A stretch of 64,000 bases of DNA from a virus (lineage: Duplodnaviria; Caudoviricetes). The notes beneath the pieces are model-generated. The model was not told where the DNA came from, made no database searches, and saw nothing but the letters and a program-made list of their open reading frames with translations. The stretch's first letter is position 1. Every line of letters starts with the position of its first letter. The stretch is from the IMG/VR virus record IMGVR_UViG_2894787282_000001, positions 32,001-96,000 of that record; one strand, given 5' to 3'. A program made the translations under genes and the position numbers. This document shows positions 59,376-64,000 of this stretch, piece by piece.

Positions 59376-61033
59376 GCGCCGTAATGCGACTGCCCACAGG
59401 CCCTGGCCTTCTTGCGGTGCAAGCGGTGCCAGTTAGCCCCTTGATGATGGCAAACACAAAAGCGCGAGAACAGGCCCAGGCTTTGGCAACCTTGTTGGCA
59501 AGTGCTACGGGCGGTGCCGGTGCGGATGCAGAGGCGCAGGCACTGCGCAGCCGGGTGGCAGCAGCCCTGGCCGGTGCACCCGAGTACGTGGCACTGCTGG
59601 TGGTGGCGCGCCAGGCGGGCGTGGTGCGGCCCAATGGGGCAATACAAAGCGTGCCGACGCTCAAAAGGGCCATTTTGAAGCACCGCAACGGGGGCACAGC
59701 GGCACTGCTCAAGCGGCACCAGGGCAGACCGATGCAAGTGCAGGAATGGCATGTGCGCGCCGCCCGCCTGTGGGCCAATCCGACCAAGCGCGGCTATGCA
59801 GATGTGGCCTGGAAGCTGCGCGGCGAAGGGTATGAGGTCACGGATGCGCAAGTGATGCGCTACATCAAAAGCCTGGGTGCCACGGTGGCCAGCCCGCGCA
59901 GTGCGGACCGGGTGGGCAAACACTTTTTCAAGCTCAACTACAAGCATCACAAGCGCCGCAACATGGACGAGGTGTTGGTGGGCGAGATATACGCAGCCGA
60001 TGGGCACACGGTGGACGCGTACATGGCACACCCCAGTACGGGCGGGCTGTATCGCCCCGAGCTGACCCTGTTCATGGACGTGAAGAGCCGCTACTTTGCT
60101 GGCTGGTGGCTGAGCGAGGCAGAAACAAAGGAGAGCACGCTGTTTGCGCTGAGCAGCGCCATGACAAGCCACGACCATGTGCCAGCGTGGGTTTACACAG
60201 ACCACGGCTCTGGCTACCGCGCCAAGATGATGAGCGACGAGAACGTGGGCTTCTATGCCAAATTCTCCATCGCCACGATTGCCGCGCTACCCGGTAATGC
60301 CAACGGCAAGGGCTGGATTGAGCGCGCCTTTCGCACGGTGCGCGACAAGCATGACAAGTTCTTTGCCGATGGCCTGATGTATTGCGGCGACGACATGGCG
60401 CCAGAAATAAACCGCCGCCTGAGTGTTGACGTAGAGAAGGGCAAACGCAAGTTGCCCAGCTTTAACCAGTATGTGGACAGCCTGACCGCATTTATTGAGC
60501 AGTACCACAACACGCCCATGGATGCGCTGGGCGGAAAAACACCTGCGCAGGTGTGGGCGGGGTTGGAGCGCGTGCCGGTGGGCATTGAGTTTGACGCGGT
60601 GGCACGCCCCAGCGTAGAGCGCACTGTGAGTCACCAAGAGGTGCGCCTGGACAACCGGCACTACTACAGCGAAATGCTGGCCGAGTGGGACGGCAAGAAG
60701 GTGGCCGTGGAATACGACCTGCACAACGATACCAAGGTGTGGGTGCGAACACCCAAAGGCGTGCTCATCTGCGAGGCACCCCTGGTGCACACGATTGGTA
60801 TTTTGCCGACCGACCGTATGGAGGAGCGGCGGCTTGTGCGTGCCGCAGATGCCGTCAAGCGCAAGCAAAAACACATTGCAGAAGACCTGGCGCGCAGCAG
60901 AGCACCCGTGGACGCCGCCAGCCAGGCCGCTGCCATTGAGGCGTTGACCTATGCCCCCAGCCCGGCGCTGCCCGCCCCGCGTGTGGATGACGATTTCAAA
61001 GTTGATCTCTTAAATTGGAGGAAAGACCAGTGA
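59372..61033 (+). CDS. MuA-like DDE transposase
   Basis: YAADGH (D), YTDHGSGY (D), KGWIERAF (E), Mu-type C-terminal domain. Confidence 0.9.
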   Translation: MSAVMRLPTGPGLLAVQAVPVSPLMMANTKAREQAQALATLLASATGGAGADAEAQALRSRVAAALAGAPEYVALLVVARQAGVVRPNGAIQSVPTLKRAILKHRNGGTAALLKRHQGRPMQVQEWHVRAARLWANPTKRGYADVAWKLRGEGYEVTDAQVMRYIKSLGATVASPRSADRVGKHFFKLNYKHHKRRNMDEVLVGEIYAADGHTVDAYMAHPSTGGLYRPELTLFMDVKSRYFAGWWLSEAETKESTLFALSSAMTSHDHVPAWVYTDHGSGYRAKMMSDENVGFYAKFSIATIAALPGNANGKGWIERAFRTVRDKHDKFFADGLMYCGDDMAPEINRRLSVDVEKGKRKLPSFNQYVDSLTAFIEQYHNTPMDALGGKTPAQVWAGLERVPVGIEFDAVARPSVERTVSHQEVRLDNRHYYSEMLAEWDGKKVAVEYDLHNDTKVWVRTPKGVLICEAPLVHTIGILPTDRMEERRLVRAADAVKRKQKHIAEDLARSRAPVDAASQAAAIEALTYAPSPALPAPRVDDDFKVDLLNWRKDQ

Positions 61034-62031
61034 GCACTCCCGCAACTGAAACACAGAACGCCTTGCCAGGCATGGCTAGCGCCCCGACTGCCTACACACC
61101 ACAAGATGTGTCCAAGGTGGATGCGGTCAAGAAGTGGCTGGAGGACCGCAAGAAGAGCCGTGCCTGGCTGAGCAAGAAGGCCGACATCCCCAGCGGCACG
61201 CTGAGCCAGATTCTGAGCGGCAAATACGTCAGCAGCCCGACCCGCCAGCTCAATCAGATGCTGTCGGTGCTGGACGTGGAAGCTGATCGCCTGAAGGATG
61301 GCACGCCTGGCTATGTGAGGGGCAGCGTGCACAAGCTGATGGTCGTGGTGTGTGACCGCACCCGCAAGCACCAGAACTTTGGCGTGATCACCGGCTATGT
61401 GGGCGTGGGCAAAAGCCGCTTCTGTGCTGAGTACCACGAAACCAACCCGATGACGCTGCTGGTCGAAGTCAGCCCCAACATGACGCCTGGTGTGCTGATG
61501 ACCGAGCTGCTGGAGCAGTTGAACAACGCGGTGCCTGCCGGGCTGGACCGCAAGTTCCGCGAGCTGGTGCGGGTGCTCAAGGGCACCAACTATCTGATCG
61601 TGGCTGATGAGGCCGAGAAGATGAGCAGCAGCGCGCTGGAACACCTGCGCCGCCTGCGCGACATGGCCATGGTAGGCGTGGTTCTGGTGGGCACCGAGAA
61701 GCTGACCAGCCTGATCAAGCCGCAGCACGGCCAGTTTGACCAGGTGCGCAGCCGGGTGGGCATGTGGCCTGAGACGATCCAGTGCATCAGTCGCGACGAC
61801 GCTGACGACATGGTGCGCGCCGCCCTGGCGGATGCCGGTGAGCTGAGTGATGACGTGCTGGACACCTTGTGGGCTTATTGCGATGGCAGTGCCCGTGTCC
61901 TCAATGAGAACCTGATCCCGGCTGTACGGGACTACGGCATGGGTAGCCTGCCCCTGTCAAGCCGGATGATTGAGACGATTGCCGCCAGCGTGCTGTTCAT
62001 GTCCAAGCCACGTGTCGAGGTGACGAAATGA
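61030..62031 (+). CDS. MuB-like AAA ATPase with N-terminal HTH
   Basis: GYVGVGKS, LIVADEAE, LRRLRD, VLVGT, SRVG. Confidence 0.88.
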   Translation: MSTPATETQNALPGMASAPTAYTPQDVSKVDAVKKWLEDRKKSRAWLSKKADIPSGTLSQILSGKYVSSPTRQLNQMLSVLDVEADRLKDGTPGYVRGSVHKLMVVVCDRTRKHQNFGVITGYVGVGKSRFCAEYHETNPMTLLVEVSPNMTPGVLMTELLEQLNNAVPAGLDRKFRELVRVLKGTNYLIVADEAEKMSSSALEHLRRLRDMAMVGVVLVGTEKLTSLIKPQHGQFDQVRSRVGMWPETIQCISRDDADDMVRAALADAGELSDDVLDTLWAYCDGSARVLNENLIPAVRDYGMGSLPLSSRMIETIAASVLFMSKPRVEVTK

Positions 62032-62255
62032 TGGCCGCGCCGATGGCCGTAGCTGCCCCGCAGGCCGCAGCCAACGCACCAGGCCAATTGCTGGCGTGCC
62101 GAGTGGTGATCAAGATGGAAGACGGCTCACGCGGTGAGCACAACGGTTTGTACTATCACCGCATGGATGCGCTGAATCGGGCGCTGGACCTGTTCCCCGA
62201 TGCCAAGGTGATCGTCAGCTTGTCGGGTGGCAAAGCCCACCGGAGCGCATCATGA
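62028..62255 (+). CDS. Small hypothetical protein
   Basis: Coupled ORF. Confidence 0.5.
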   Translation: MMAAPMAVAAPQAAANAPGQLLACRVVIKMEDGSRGEHNGLYYHRMDALNRALDLFPDAKVIVSLSGGKAHRSAS

Positions 62256-62635
62256 GCAAGAACCACACCTGTCATGAGCTGGGCGTGTGTAACAGCCGCC
62301 ATTGCAGCGACGTGAGCGCCTGCCCCGACTATGACCTGCTGGCGTGTAACGACACGGCTTGCCAGGGTCATGCCGAGATTGCGGCCAAGGGCCTTTGCCC
62401 CAGCCTTCTCCCGAAGCGCCGGTTTACCGACCGGCCCGGCGTGGCCCGAGAGGCTTACCCGCAGCCCACTTTCCCGTTTGCGCCAGGCGTGATTCAAGGG
62501 CCGAAATGGCGGACTGATGTCTACCCCCTGGAGGATGAGCACGCCGCCCTGAAAGCGCTGCATCGGGCGCAGATTGTGGTGGTTTTGATCGTATTGGCGC
62601 TGGTCGGCGCAAGGTGGTTCTATGTCACACACTGA
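62252..62635 (+). CDS. Hypothetical protein, Cys-rich N-terminus, C-terminal TM
   Basis: Coupled ORF. Confidence 0.55.
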   Translation: MSKNHTCHELGVCNSRHCSDVSACPDYDLLACNDTACQGHAEIAAKGLCPSLLPKRRFTDRPGVAREAYPQPTFPFAPGVIQGPKWRTDVYPLEDEHAALKALHRAQIVVVLIVLALVGARWFYVTH

Positions 62636-63233
62636 TCTGAGCTGCCCCGTGTGTGGCACCGGTCTGAGCATCGCCCACCTGCTGGTCGATGCGGATGACC
62701 GCGCCGCTGTGGTGCGCCTGCTGGCCCTGAGTACGCCTGTGGGCGCTGCTGTGGGCCGCTACATCAGCCTGTTCACCCCACCCAAAACAAGCCTGACCCT
62801 GCGCAAGCAAGTGCGCATCGTGCTGCAGTTGCTGCCCGACCTTGAGCGCCGAGCCATCACCCACCGTGGGCGCGATTGGCAGGTTCCCCTGAAGGTGTGG
62901 GAGGCAGGCATTGACCAGATGCTGGCCGCTCGCGATGCCGGTAAGTTGGATTTGCCAATGAAGGGGCACGCCTATCTGTATTCGATCTTGATGAGCATGG
63001 CTGACAAGACCGAAGCCGTTGCAGAGGCGCAATCCGAAGCGCAGCGCCGCACGCCTGCGGCCACCTACCAGGTGCGCGGGCAAACCATGCCGATGGGCCA
63101 GGCGCTGGATCAGGTGTTTGGTGGCGTTGACCCAGAGCTGGCAAGGAGGAAGGCCGAGGCGAGCCAAGCCGCACCTGTACCTGCAGAGGCGCGTGCCCTG
63201 CTGCAGAACCTGAAGCAAAGCATGAAACCCTGA
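62622..63233 (+). CDS. Conserved Mu-like early protein
   Basis: CP.CG...Y..LF.P.K..L...L.LP.K.H.YL. Confidence 0.7.
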   Translation: MSHTDLSCPVCGTGLSIAHLLVDADDRAAVVRLLALSTPVGAAVGRYISLFTPPKTSLTLRKQVRIVLQLLPDLERRAITHRGRDWQVPLKVWEAGIDQMLAARDAGKLDLPMKGHAYLYSILMSMADKTEAVAEAQSEAQRRTPAATYQVRGQTMPMGQALDQVFGGVDPELARRKAEASQAAPVPAEARALLQNLKQSMKP

Positions 63234-63259
63234 TTTTTACAACTGAGAAGGAACTGACC

Positions 63260-63883
63260 GTGAGTGAACAAAAAGAAACTGTGCCTGCTGGCTACTGGAA
63301 GGATGCCAATGGCTCCCTGGTGCCGGTGGGAAAGATCAAGGAAATCGACAAGCTGCGCCACCAGTGTGTGACCGGCCTGGCCGAAGCCGCCAAGAAGGCC
63401 AGCGCCGACCTGTTGTCTTTCAAGTTGTGCGCCATGCAGGAAGTCCAGGCGTTCATTGATACGAGCCTGGCCACCTATGACGTGCGCCAGGGCGGCAAGA
63501 AGGGCAATGTCTCTCTGGTGTCGTTTGACGGGCGCTACAAGATCACACGCACCATGCAGGACACCATCGTGTTTGACGAACGCCTGCAGGCGGCCAAGGC
63601 ACTGGTGGACGAATGTGTGAAGGCCTGGAGCAAAGGCAGCAACGACAACATCAAGGTGTTGGTCAACAACGCCTTCCAGGTGGACAAAGCCGGTGCGGTC
63701 AATGTGGGCCGCATTCTGAACCTTCGCACGCTTGAGATCGCAGATGAGAAATGGCAACGGGCCATGAAGGCCATCGGCGACAGCATGAAAGTTCATTCCA
63801 CCAAGCCGTATATTCGTTTTTACGAATTGGATGAGCAGGCTGGTGATTACGTGCCGATCTCACTGGATGTGGCGGCGCTATGA
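63260..63883 (+). CDS. DUF3164-like protein
   Basis: GYWKDA.G.LVP...GGKKGNV.L.SFDG...FDERLQAAK.L.DEC...Y.RFYE. Confidence 0.8.
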   Translation: MSEQKETVPAGYWKDANGSLVPVGKIKEIDKLRHQCVTGLAEAAKKASADLLSFKLCAMQEVQAFIDTSLATYDVRQGGKKGNVSLVSFDGRYKITRTMQDTIVFDERLQAAKALVDECVKAWSKGSNDNIKVLVNNAFQVDKAGAVNVGRILNLRTLEIADEKWQRAMKAIGDSMKVHSTKPYIRFYELDEQAGDYVPISLDVAAL

Positions 63884-64000
63884 GCCAGGATACAGCTGCC
63901 CATCGCCCGGTCAGGTTGCAGATGAACACCAAGGGTGCCTGGCGTGACGTGCTGGACTTTGATTGCGCGGATGAAGATCGGGTCAAGACTGCGGCCGAGC

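Larger units (their letters stand above)
47655..64000. mobile_element. Prophage 2: Mu/B3-like transposable phage (continues right of window)
   Basis: DDE transposase, MuB-like ATPase, repressor/Ner, DUF935-like portal and gpF; TG dinucleotide and repeats at junction. Confidence 0.9.

Overview
This is a GC-rich, probably betaproteobacterial chromosome segment; the host assignment is inference. It holds two different prophages separated by about 8 kb of host genes. (1) Positions 1-39.4 kb are the right-hand part of a temperate phage integrated at the 3' end of tRNA-His. Its minus-strand head module has TerS, TerL, an N4/P22-like portal and a scaffold. Its long plus-strand arm has a primase-helicase, SNF2 helicase, B-family DNA polymerase, ligase, nucleases, a cluster of acidic proteins and xis/int. 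This phage is heavily invaded by homing endonucleases, in three unusual ways. The TerL intein contains a complete Endonuclease VII gene, with its own RBS, overprinted in a different reading frame. The portal carries a 115-aa mini-intein immediately next to a free-standing HNH gene. The DNA polymerase is split in the fingers domain by an HNH-AP2 gene, and both halves have coiled-coil-like extensions. (2) Positions 39.4-47.6 kb are host sequence: tRNA-His, dinG, ackA, uxaB, pyk and KdgR-like operators. (3) Positions 47.65-64 kb are a Mu/B3-like transposable prophage inserted in a DJ-1/PfpI-like gene. It carries gpF, portal, TerL/TerS, a lysis cassette, repressor/Ner, a DDE transposase and MuB, and has no capsid or tail genes between gpF and the junction. 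All family assignments come from motif recognition, not database searches.
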